From IMG/VR virus record IMGVR_UViG_3300032270_000254, positions 1 to 30,615 of that record: a DNA stretch of 30,615 bases. The stretch is one strand, 5' to 3'. Numbering within the stretch: position 1 is the first letter of the stretch; each line of letters starts with the position of its first letter. The translations under genes were made by a program, and so were the position numbers. The notes under the pieces are model-generated. The model was given only the letters and a program-made list of their open reading frames with translations. It did no database searches and was not told the origin of the DNA. This DNA comes from a virus. Its lineage: Duplodnaviria > Caudoviricetes. This document shows, one piece after another, positions 15,596-23,909 of this stretch.

Positions 15596-16309
15596 ATGAT
15601 TTACAAGAATATAAGCCAGGGAATAATTGAAGACGTTGACGATGTTAAAGGCATCGTAACTGGTTATTTTTCTGCATTTAATAACATAGATTCCGACGGC
15701 GACGTTATCGTTTCAGGCGCTTACAAAAAGACAGTCGCCGAAAATGGACCAATGGGACGCAATAGAATTATGCACCTTTTGCAGCACAATCCTTTAATGC
15801 CATTGGGTAAGCCTACGGAATTAATGGAGGACGCAAAAGGATTGCGCTTTACCTCTAAGATTACCGAGACTAGTTATGGCAAAGACGTAATAAAACTTTA
15901 TGCTGAGGGTGTTTTTAACGAGCATTCAGTTGGTTTTGAAATTATGAAGTCGGACAATAAAGCTGGTTACCGAGAAATTAGAGAAATTAAACTTTGGGAA
16001 GGTTCAACAGTTACATGGGGAGCAAATCCAAACACACCGATTGAGTCAATGAAATCATGGGACAAGCCAAAGACTGAGGAAATGATTGCAAAGTTTTGCG
16101 GCATTCTTAGAAATGGCAGCCTTACCGACGAGTCAATGATTCAAATTGAAATAGGATTAAAGCAAATTCAAGAACATTTAAAGGCATTGAACACTAAATC
16201 AGTTTTGGCCGTAGAATCCGACGAAAGTCAATTCACCACCGTACAAGACCCGAGTTTGTCAATGGCTTTGGAGTTCGAATATATACCAAAACTTAAAAAA
16301 TTTATCTAA
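15596..16309 (+). CDS. HK97-family prohead protease
   Basis: GYFSAF..DSDGD, LLQH, SVGF, LWEGSTVTWGANP. Confidence 0.93.
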   Translation: MIYKNISQGIIEDVDDVKGIVTGYFSAFNNIDSDGDVIVSGAYKKTVAENGPMGRNRIMHLLQHNPLMPLGKPTELMEDAKGLRFTSKITETSYGKDVIKLYAEGVFNEHSVGFEIMKSDNKAGYREIREIKLWEGSTVTWGANPNTPIESMKSWDKPKTEEMIAKFCGILRNGSLTDESMIQIEIGLKQIQEHLKALNTKSVLAVESDESQFTTVQDPSLSMALEFEYIPKLKKFI

Positions 16310-16315
16310 AACAAA

Positions 16316-17518
16316 ATGGACGCAATTAAATCACAATTGGACTCTGTATTGGCTAAATTGGAATCAAACGAAGCTTTGATTTCCGACGTAAAGTCAATGA
16401 AAGAAGCGGGCGAAGAATTCAGAAAATCACTTTCTGCTGAAACCGCAAAATTAAATGAAAAAGCTGACGCCCTACAGGCTCAGTTGGACGGCGTAGATGC
16501 ACGCACCCAGGCTGGTTTTTCTAAGGCTGCAAAAGGTTATTCTTTCTCTAGCGAACTAGAGAAAGCGTTTAACTCTGACGCATTCGGAAACTACAAAAGC
16601 GGAAACGCTAACAAAGTAAAGTTGGACCTTGAATTGAAAGGCGCTGACATGACAGTTGGAAACGCTTACACTGGCGAAGTTATCCCAGCGGATCGCGTTC
16701 CTGATCTTAAGTTTACTCCAAACAGAAAAGTAAACGTTCGTCAGTTGTTGCCAGTTGGACAGACTAGCTCTAACCTTATCCGTTTCGTGCGCGAGTCAGC
16801 TTACGACAACGCTGCGGCTCCAACCGCTCAGGGTTCCCCAAAGCCTCAATCCGATTTCGATTTGACTGCGGTAGATCGTAGCATTCGTACAATCCCTACT
16901 TTCATGAGATTGACAAAAGAAATGTTGGACGATACCCCAGGGCTTATCGCTTACCTTTCTAGCCGCGCTCCTAGCAAATTGTTGAACGTTGAAGATACCC
17001 AGCTTTTGTACGGAAGCGGTATTGGTCAGAACTTGAACGGTTTTGCAACTGACGGATCAGCTTGGACAACAGTTAAATTTGGCACACTAATTAACAGATT
17101 TGACGTTTTGGCTGCTGCGGTTGTTCAAACAACTAAAAACGAATACGCGCCAAACGCAATCATGATTAACCCATCTGACTATTTGCAGTTAGTATCTGTT
17201 AAAGAAAGCACTGGTGGTTACATTATCCCTTCTTATGTTACCATGTCAGCTGGTCAAATGTTTATCTTGGGCGTTCCAGTTTACGCAATCAATGGCGTTG
17301 TTGCTGGCGATTTCTTCGTTGGAGACTTTGCACTTGGTTCCCAGTTGTTCGTTCGTCAGGGCATCACGCTTGAATTCTTCGAGCAAGACGCTGATAACGT
17401 AACTAAGAACTTTGTAACCGTACGCGTTGAGGAAAGAATTGCATTGGCAGTTTATACAACTCAATCCATCGTTTACGGAACATTTGCAGCCGCTTTGGCT
17501 AACGGTTCCGCAGTATAA
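16316..17518 (+). CDS. HK97-fold major capsid protein
   Basis: N-terminal coiled-coil delta domain; EDTQLLYGSG, ILGVPV, VGDF, NFVTVRVEER motifs; codon usage consistent with high expression. Confidence 0.95.
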   Translation: MDAIKSQLDSVLAKLESNEALISDVKSMKEAGEEFRKSLSAETAKLNEKADALQAQLDGVDARTQAGFSKAAKGYSFSSELEKAFNSDAFGNYKSGNANKVKLDLELKGADMTVGNAYTGEVIPADRVPDLKFTPNRKVNVRQLLPVGQTSSNLIRFVRESAYDNAAAPTAQGSPKPQSDFDLTAVDRSIRTIPTFMRLTKEMLDDTPGLIAYLSSRAPSKLLNVEDTQLLYGSGIGQNLNGFATDGSAWTTVKFGTLINRFDVLAAAVVQTTKNEYAPNAIMINPSDYLQLVSVKESTGGYIIPSYVTMSAGQMFILGVPVYAINGVVAGDFFVGDFALGSQLFVRQGITLEFFEQDADNVTKNFVTVRVEERIALAVYTTQSIVYGTFAAALANGSAV

Positions 17519-17544
17519 GTAAATAGGTGTTTAGTTTGATTAAG

Positions 17545-17573
17545 GCCCCGACAAATCGTCGGGGCTTTTTTTT
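17545..17573 (+). terminator. Rho-independent terminator after the capsid gene
   Basis: GCCCCGAC-AAATC-GTCGGGGC followed by T8. Confidence 0.92.
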
Positions 17574-17620
17574 ATTTATCTATAAATCAATACCTTTAAA
17601 CGAAATCAACAAATAAGCAA

Positions 17621-18607
17621 ATGAATATCGTTTTTTTTGTACACGCATGGGCGGGAACCCATAACTCGGGGGCAGAGTGGACCGTTCAGCATTATGCAAA
17701 ATTTTTCCACGAAAAAGGATGCAATATTGAAGTTATTTTACCCGAGGGTCAAATTTATCCCGACGGCGAAAAGTTTGCTTTTATAAAATTTATTACTGGC
17801 TATTATTCAAATGACTTTTTCCTAGCCTTACAAAATGCAAGCGTAATATTTACCCATTTAGACAATACAGGCGTTGCGATTAATTGGGCAAAACAATTTA
17901 AAAAGCAATTGATTTTTTTAAGCCACAACGATTCCGATTATAGAAACGTGCGATTTAAAGCGCAAAACATTCACGTTGTTTACAACAATAAAGCAAACGA
18001 AAAGAATTTACAAAACGGGCCTTACCCTAATCAGTCAATTGTTTGCAAGCCTCCAATATTTCCTGAGGACGTAAAATATAACCGTAAACATGGCCAATAT
18101 ATTACCCTAATCAATTGCAACGAAAATAAGGGCGGTCAAATATTAATTGAATTGGCAAAGCGATTGCCAAAGCGCAAATTTCTTGGCGTGCTTGGTAGTT
18201 ACGGCGAGCAAATTATTGACGACACACTAAAAAATTTAAAGTATGTCGCACAAACGCCTGACGTGCATTTAATCTATGGCAAAACCAACATTGTTCTTGT
18301 ACCATCATTTTACGAATCCTATGGACGTGTAGGTTTGGAGGCGGCGATTAATCGACTCCCAGTTATTTGCACCCCAACAGACGGATTAAAGGAATGTCTT
18401 GGCGCCGCTGGCCTTTACTTTGATCGCAACGACATTGACGGCATGGCTGCAAAAATTGAGGAATTAATGAGTGACGAAATACTTTACGATTTCCATCAAA
18501 ACATAATGCGAAATCTTGCTGAGGAACGCCTTAAATACCAGGACCAAGAATTAGAAAGATTCTTTAATTTTATCGTTGACAAAGCAAAGAAACAATACAA
18601 TGAGTGA
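17621..18607 (+). CDS. Glycosyltransferase family 4-like (GT-B fold)
   Basis: SGAE N-terminal loop, KG motif, VPSFYESYGRVGLEAA...PVI (Ex7E). Confidence 0.9.
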   Translation: MNIVFFVHAWAGTHNSGAEWTVQHYAKFFHEKGCNIEVILPEGQIYPDGEKFAFIKFITGYYSNDFFLALQNASVIFTHLDNTGVAINWAKQFKKQLIFLSHNDSDYRNVRFKAQNIHVVYNNKANEKNLQNGPYPNQSIVCKPPIFPEDVKYNRKHGQYITLINCNENKGGQILIELAKRLPKRKFLGVLGSYGEQIIDDTLKNLKYVAQTPDVHLIYGKTNIVLVPSFYESYGRVGLEAAINRLPVICTPTDGLKECLGAAGLYFDRNDIDGMAAKIEELMSDEILYDFHQNIMRNLAEERLKYQDQELERFFNFIVDKAKKQYNE

Positions 18608-19190
18608 TTTATTATATACGCCAAGCAATTCGTCTTTTACAGGGTATTCCATACAGTTTGCAGACGTTGCGCCAGTTACCGAACCAATTACATTGGCAGA
18701 GGCTAAAGAATATGCAAGAATTGACGGAAACGCTGAGGACACTTTAATTACTAGCCTTATAAAAGTTGCGCGCCTACATTGTGAGTCGTATATGGGCAAA
18801 GCAATTATTCGCAAAACAGTTACAATTGAATCGTTTGGATTTCCTTATCAATGGCAAATTCCTTACGGTCCATTAATTGCGGCTGGCGATATTACTAAGG
18901 TCGTAACACTTGACCAAAACAATGCCGAGACGCCTTTAAATTATCAATTAAACGTTGGACTATTTCCAAAGATTAACATTATAGGAGGCGCACAATCTTA
19001 TAAATTTAAAATGATTTATGTGGCTGGATTTACAACCGTTCCCGAAGACATAAAGCTTGCCGTTAAAATGATGGTAAACACCCTTTACGAACGCCGCGAA
19101 GATTTTAGCGATTTACAGGCCATTCCATCGCCTTTAGGAGTTAAGGCAATCTTGATGCCTTATAGAACTTATAACTGGTTTGGCGCGTGA
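18600..19190 (+). CDS. Head-tail connector (HK97 gp6-like adaptor)
   Basis: EPITLAEAKEYARID...EDTLITSLI; VPEDIKLAV...YERRE; start at ATG 18600. Confidence 0.88.
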   Translation: MSDLLYTPSNSSFTGYSIQFADVAPVTEPITLAEAKEYARIDGNAEDTLITSLIKVARLHCESYMGKAIIRKTVTIESFGFPYQWQIPYGPLIAAGDITKVVTLDQNNAETPLNYQLNVGLFPKINIIGGAQSYKFKMIYVAGFTTVPEDIKLAVKMMVNTLYERREDFSDLQAIPSPLGVKAILMPYRTYNWFGA

Positions 19191-19528
19191 GGACAAATAA
19201 GGAAATTAAAGCTGGCGATTTGCGAGAGCGGATTTCGTTTTACAATCCAAGCCTTTTTGGGGATGGATACGGTGGTTTTTATTCTCAGCAAACACTTAGT
19301 TACACTTGTTGGGCAAAGGTCACAAACCTAAGCGGTCAGCGTCAAAATAGCGAGGATCAAATGGTAATTAAAAACCAATGGGAGGTAATAATTAGGGACA
19401 ATCCGCTGGTTACAATTACAAAGTCAATGAATATTAATTACGCTGGCAGAACGCTAGTAATTAGCGAAATAATTGACGTTTTAGAATACGATCGAATTAT
19501 TAAATTTATTGCAATAGAAAGGGACTAA
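19187..19528 (+). CDS. Head closure protein (SPP1 gp16-like)
   Basis: AGDLRERISF...DGYGG...WAKV; GTG start. Confidence 0.85.
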   Translation: MRTNKEIKAGDLRERISFYNPSLFGDGYGGFYSQQTLSYTCWAKVTNLSGQRQNSEDQMVIKNQWEVIIRDNPLVTITKSMNINYAGRTLVISEIIDVLEYDRIIKFIAIERD

Positions 19529-19969
19529 ATGCTAAGTATTGAATTTAACCAGCAAAGCCTAAATGCCTTTTATAAGTATTTAAAAAACTTAGAAAGCCAG
19601 GTTTCTGATTATGTCCGAGCGGAAATAGAGGACTCAATGCTGGCTATTGAAAGCGAAGCGACAAACAATGTGCCTGTTGATACTGGCGCCCTAAAAAATA
19701 GCATTCAATCGATGCCGATAAAAGTTACTAAAAACGAAGTAACTGGCGGCGTTGAGGTTGGCGCAACTTACGCGCCTTACGTTGAATTTGGAACTGGGAC
19801 AAAAGTAAAGGTGCCAAGTGAGTTAAACAACTTTGCCCAGCAATACAAAGGCGACGGAATTAAAGAAGTGAATTTGCCAGCAAGACCGTTTTTTTATCCT
19901 GAGGTTTTTAAGCAACGAACTGAATTGCCAAAAAATATTGAGCGCACTTTAAAAAAACTACTTGAATAA
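19529..19969 (+). CDS. HK97 gp10-family neck/tail protein
   Basis: PVDTGALKNSI, YAPYVEFGT, ARPFFYP. Confidence 0.9.
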   Translation: MLSIEFNQQSLNAFYKYLKNLESQVSDYVRAEIEDSMLAIESEATNNVPVDTGALKNSIQSMPIKVTKNEVTGGVEVGATYAPYVEFGTGTKVKVPSELNNFAQQYKGDGIKEVNLPARPFFYPEVFKQRTELPKNIERTLKKLLE

Positions 19970-20394
19970 TGAGAAATATAAAACTATTTGTGCGCAAGGC
20001 TTATTGGACCGCTTTAAATAATACAATTACCTATAAAGGCGGACAAATTCCATGTTACGATACTTTTGCACCTGACGAGGCTGCATTTCCATACATTTTA
20101 ATTGGAAATCAAACGCAACAAGACGACAAAGACAACCAGGAATATAATTACATTACAACGATAACATTGGACGTTGTAACGGCTGGAATTGCACCGTATG
20201 GACGTATTGACGCCGACACAATAGCCGATTTAATTTTGCAAATAGTTTGTCTTTACCCTGAAAATTATTTAGCGCTCCAGGTTGGCAAAATTGTAACTGC
20301 AAAATTAATTCAACAGACTAGCCTTTCAAGTATTACGGACACAAACATTGTGCATCGTGAAATTTTGACGATTGAAAATTGGATTGATGGGTAA
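19969..20394 (+). CDS. Tail terminator/completion protein (DUF3168-like)
   Basis: YD..P....PYILIG pattern; position between the gp10-like gene and the tube genes. Confidence 0.75.
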   Translation: MRNIKLFVRKAYWTALNNTITYKGGQIPCYDTFAPDEAAFPYILIGNQTQQDDKDNQEYNYITTITLDVVTAGIAPYGRIDADTIADLILQIVCLYPENYLALQVGKIVTAKLIQQTSLSSITDTNIVHREILTIENWIDG

Positions 20395-20851
20395 GGTTAA
20401 CGGCTCCGCTTTATTTGTAACTGTTGGACTTGACCGAGTGGCCAAGTCAACTGGTTACAATTTATCCGCGGAAATGAGCCAGTTGGATAAAACCAGCAAC
20501 GAATCAGGTTTTTTTTCAGATCATATTTCGCGTCTTGGGTCTTGGTCATTGTCTAGCGATTCGCTTTACATACAGGACGGCTTTTCCTTTGGCGATTTAT
20601 ACAATGCTTATATTAACCGCGAGCGCATTTATTTATCGGCTGGACAAGAAGATAACTTAACATTTATTGGATTAGCAACAATTGAATCGTTGAGCCAGTC
20701 AGCACCAATGGAACAGGCTGCAAGCATTTCAGCAACATTTAAAGGTGTTGGCGGTCTTTACCCAACCATTTTACCAGCCGACCGCTTTATTATTGACGAG
20801 TTATTTGAAATTATAATTGACCAAGACGGAAACTTTTTGGTATACACTTAA
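20387..20851 (+). CDS. Tail tube protein paralogue with acidic C-terminal extension
   Basis: Colinear similarity to the next gene (GKxNG, SDHI, WSxSxDxL, GDLY, FxGxG); start at ATG 20387. Confidence 0.7.
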   Translation: MGKVNGSALFVTVGLDRVAKSTGYNLSAEMSQLDKTSNESGFFSDHISRLGSWSLSSDSLYIQDGFSFGDLYNAYINRERIYLSAGQEDNLTFIGLATIESLSQSAPMEQAASISATFKGVGGLYPTILPADRFIIDELFEIIIDQDGNFLVYT

Positions 20852-20901
20852 ATTTTATTGTATTGCATTTTTTCTAAGTCCTTTTATTTTTAAAAAAAAA
20901 A
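20852..20901 (+). promoter_or_regulatory. Candidate late promoter (copy 2)
   Basis: Repeat of 15541-15590, upstream of the major tail gene. Confidence 0.6.
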
Positions 20902-20922
20902 TCGAATTAACCTCATAAAAAT

Positions 20923-21345
20923 ATGGCTACTACTGGCAAATTTAATGGCACACTACTAAACGTTTACCTTAATAACGTAATGATTGGATGCGCCACATCC
21001 TCTGAACTATCTGTAAATGTTGACCTTGCGGATGCAACTTGCAAAGACGACGGAGGCTGGTCCGATCATATCGCTGGCTTACGCGATTGGTCTGTTTCAA
21101 CTGACGGATTGGTTGCATTTGACGACGTTAACAATGTTGGAGACCTTTATACTTTATTGAGCGGTCGTTCTATTGTTGCTTTGAAATTTACCACAAACGT
21201 TACTGGCGACTTGGTATTTTACGGCAATGCATCTGTTGCGTCAATCAGCGTTTCGGCTGAAATGGAATCCGCAGTTACTTATTCAGTTGAATTTACTGGC
21301 AAAGGTCCTTTACTAAAGGCCACCGTTGTGCCAGCATCTACTTAA
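20923..21345 (+). CDS. Major tail tube protein (TP901-1-like)
   Basis: DATCKDDGGW...GLRDWSVSTDG...TYSVEFTGKGPL. Confidence 0.88.
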   Translation: MATTGKFNGTLLNVYLNNVMIGCATSSELSVNVDLADATCKDDGGWSDHIAGLRDWSVSTDGLVAFDDVNNVGDLYTLLSGRSIVALKFTTNVTGDLVFYGNASVASISVSAEMESAVTYSVEFTGKGPLLKATVVPAST

Positions 21346-21352
21346 TTAATAT

Positions 21353-21360
21353 TATATTTG
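21353..21360 (+). promoter_or_regulatory. Bacteroidota -7 element; likely leaderless transcript
   Basis: TATATTTG with 4 nt before the ATG at 21365. Confidence 0.5.
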
Positions 21361-21364
21361 GCCC

Positions 21365-21733
21365 ATGAATCACACAGGCCGAACATTTATTAACATCAAT
21401 GGCAGCACCTATTCCGTCAAATTCGGGATGGGTGCTTTATTGCATTTTAGCGAAACGCTAGGAAACGACGTACAGCAAACCATTGAGCAATTGACAACGC
21501 CAGGCGTTGGTCAAATTAAAGCAATCGCAAAGTTTATTTATTCTGCTTTGTACGTTGACGCGCTTTACCACGACAAAGAATTTAATTTGGACACAATGGA
21601 TATTATTGACTGGGTCGATTCAAATCCATCTGACCAGGTTACCAATGTCATGTTTGTAATTATGCAAGGGATTAGCGCAATAACAAAAATTGAGTATCCT
21701 AGCGAAAACGCTGGCGAGTCAAAAAAAAAATAA
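21365..21733 (+). CDS. Tail assembly chaperone (gpG-like)
   Basis: Between the tube and tape-measure genes; ends ESKKK on an A10 run. Confidence 0.8.
   Translation: MNHTGRTFININGSTYSVKFGMGALLHFSETLGNDVQQTIEQLTTPGVGQIKAIAKFIYSALYVDALYHDKEFNLDTMDIIDWVDSNPSDQVTNVMFVIMQGISAITKIEYPSENAGESKKK
21721..21730 (+). other. Programmed -1 frameshift slippery site
   Basis: A10 immediately before the stop; the -1 frame is open (ITFRDVCHYAIGELGIQPDSFYFMSFAEY...) through 22092. Confidence 0.85.
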
Positions 21734-22092
21734 CATTTAGAGACGTTTGCCATTATGCCATTGGGGAGTTAGGTATTCAACCTGACTCCTTTTATTTTAT
21801 GTCTTTTGCTGAATACCAGTCGATTGCCTATGGTCACCAAATGAGACAAAGCAAAGAGGAAAATTTATTTAGGACGCTTTGGGTGCAGTTAAATAATGTG
21901 AACGTTACAAAAAAATCAGACTTAATTAAAAAGCCCGATAAATACTGGCGCATTCCTTTATTGGATGGTAAACCTATTGTTATTCCGACCGCTGAGGAGA
22001 AAGCCAAGGCTTACGAAATTGGCAAACAATGGCAAAACCTTAAATTTGAAGAAGAAGCAAATTTTGACACAGTAAATAAGACCATAAAATGA
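21730..22092 (+). CDS. Tail assembly chaperone gpT part (expressed as a gpGT fusion)
   Basis: -1 frame containing the typical LGxxPxxFxxMxxxE motif upstream of the track ATG at 21799. Confidence 0.8.
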   Translation: MTFRDVCHYAIGELGIQPDSFYFMSFAEYQSIAYGHQMRQSKEENLFRTLWVQLNNVNVTKKSDLIKKPDKYWRIPLLDGKPIVIPTAEEKAKAYEIGKQWQNLKFEEEANFDTVNKTIK

Positions 22093-23906
22093 GCGCAAAA
22101 TTAAATGTTGACATTGTCGCCCAATTAAAAGAGTTTAACAAAGCAATGGCCGATGTTAAATCGGAAGTTGATGACCTAAATAAACAAGTTTCAAAAGGAA
22201 ACAACCAAAGCACAAAATCAACCAATGGTTTATCTAGCGCCTTTTCAAGTTTAGGTAAAACTATGGGCGGTTTATTTGCCGCAGATATGCTTTTAAATTT
22301 TGGAAAAGCGGTTATTAGTACGACTGCTGAATTTCAAAAAATGGAAGCGGTTTTAACAACAACACTTGGCAGTAAATCCGCTGCTCAAGTTGCAATGCAA
22401 GACATTGTCGAATTTGCCTCAAAAACGCCTTTTCAAGTTAATGAGTTAACAGATTCTTTTGTAAAATTAGCCAACAGAGGTTTTAAACCGACATTGGATC
22501 AAATGACTGCGCTAGGTGACCTTGCATCGTCAACTGGTAAATCTTTTGACCAATTAACAGAGGCTGCTTTGGACGCAATGACTGGCGAATTTGAAAGATT
22601 GAAAGAGTTTGGTATTCGTGCAAAATCTGAGGGCGATAAAGTTGCTTTTACTTTTAAAGGCGTGACTACGGAAGTACAAAAAACTGACGATGCAATTAAA
22701 GATTATTTAATTAGCCTTGGAAATGTGGAAGGCGTCAGCGGTTCAATGGCCTCTATTTCAGAAACTGTTGGCGGTCAAATTTCTAACCTAGAAGACAATT
22801 TTACCCAATTACAATTGGCAATTGGTTCATCTTCAACTGGTCTAATTTCTAGCGTTTTAAAGTTGTCTAATATAATGCTTGCCGATTTAGTAACTGCTTT
22901 AAATTCTGTTAATACAGTTGCTGAAACTGCTGGAGATAGTGGTATTGAAGCATTTGGTCGGCAATTGCTATCTTTTATTGATCCAGCATATCGGGCAACT
23001 TTAGAGGGGGTTGCAATTGGTATTAACGCAAATAAAAAAGCGGCCGTTGAAGCAGAGCACGCGCTAAAAAAAGAAAATGAGACAAAAGAAGCCGCTAAAG
23101 AAGTAAGCGATCAATTAGCCAAACAACTTAAAAAAGACCATGACCAAAAAATAAAGCAACTTAGAAAAGAATCTGAAGAGTTTATTAAAACTCAAAACGC
23201 AACACTTGGAAAAGTTGGAACAAGGGATGCATTTGGCGGCAAGCCTAGTGACGTAACTAAACAAGTAACTCCTGAGCGTTTAAACATGATTCAAAACGCA
23301 TCTGCAAGCATTTTGGCAATGAATAAACAAATTGCTTTGACAATGCCAGGCATTATTATACCACAGGAAGCAATCGACAGAATAAGCGCCGCAGCAATTG
23401 CTCAATCTGCTTTGGCTTATGAAACTCAAAAAACTGAACAGTCTTTGGCGCTTGCATTACCTTTTGGGGATATGTTAACGCAATCATTTGTGACATTGGC
23501 AGAAACTGGTAAACTTTCTTTTCAGGGTGTTTTTGACGGACTTAAAAAAATGGCAATACAATTGGCCGCAACTGTTGCCGCTGCATTTGCTTTAAATCTT
23601 TTGCTTGGCGGGTTAGGTGTTGCTGGATTTGCCAAAGGTGCTGGAGGATTTAAAAAGATTCTTGGTGGTTTGGGCGGAGGTGGTCCGCTTGGAGGTTTAA
23701 TTCCATTTGCCAATGGCGGTATTGTGTCGGGACCAACGCCAGCGCTTGTTGGTGAGTATACAGGCGCGCGCTCAAACCCTGAGGTTATCGCACCTTTGTC
23801 TAAATTGCAAAATATGATGGGCGGAAATGTTACCTTTACAATTAGCGGCGACAACCTAGTTGGCACGTTGAACAGAGCAAACAAAACAAGGGCAAGAAAA
23901 TTCTAA
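22089..23906 (+). CDS. Tape measure protein
   Basis: FASKTPF tape-measure domain, ERLKEFGI, Ala/Gly-rich helices, C-terminal FANGGIV.GPT.ALVGE...PEVIAPL. Confidence 0.92.
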   Translation: MSAKLNVDIVAQLKEFNKAMADVKSEVDDLNKQVSKGNNQSTKSTNGLSSAFSSLGKTMGGLFAADMLLNFGKAVISTTAEFQKMEAVLTTTLGSKSAAQVAMQDIVEFASKTPFQVNELTDSFVKLANRGFKPTLDQMTALGDLASSTGKSFDQLTEAALDAMTGEFERLKEFGIRAKSEGDKVAFTFKGVTTEVQKTDDAIKDYLISLGNVEGVSGSMASISETVGGQISNLEDNFTQLQLAIGSSSTGLISSVLKLSNIMLADLVTALNSVNTVAETAGDSGIEAFGRQLLSFIDPAYRATLEGVAIGINANKKAAVEAEHALKKENETKEAAKEVSDQLAKQLKKDHDQKIKQLRKESEEFIKTQNATLGKVGTRDAFGGKPSDVTKQVTPERLNMIQNASASILAMNKQIALTMPGIIIPQEAIDRISAAAIAQSALAYETQKTEQSLALALPFGDMLTQSFVTLAETGKLSFQGVFDGLKKMAIQLAATVAAAFALNLLLGGLGVAGFAKGAGGFKKILGGLGGGGPLGGLIPFANGGIVSGPTPALVGEYTGARSNPEVIAPLSKLQNMMGGNVTFTISGDNLVGTLNRANKTRARKF

Positions 23907-23909
23907 CCA

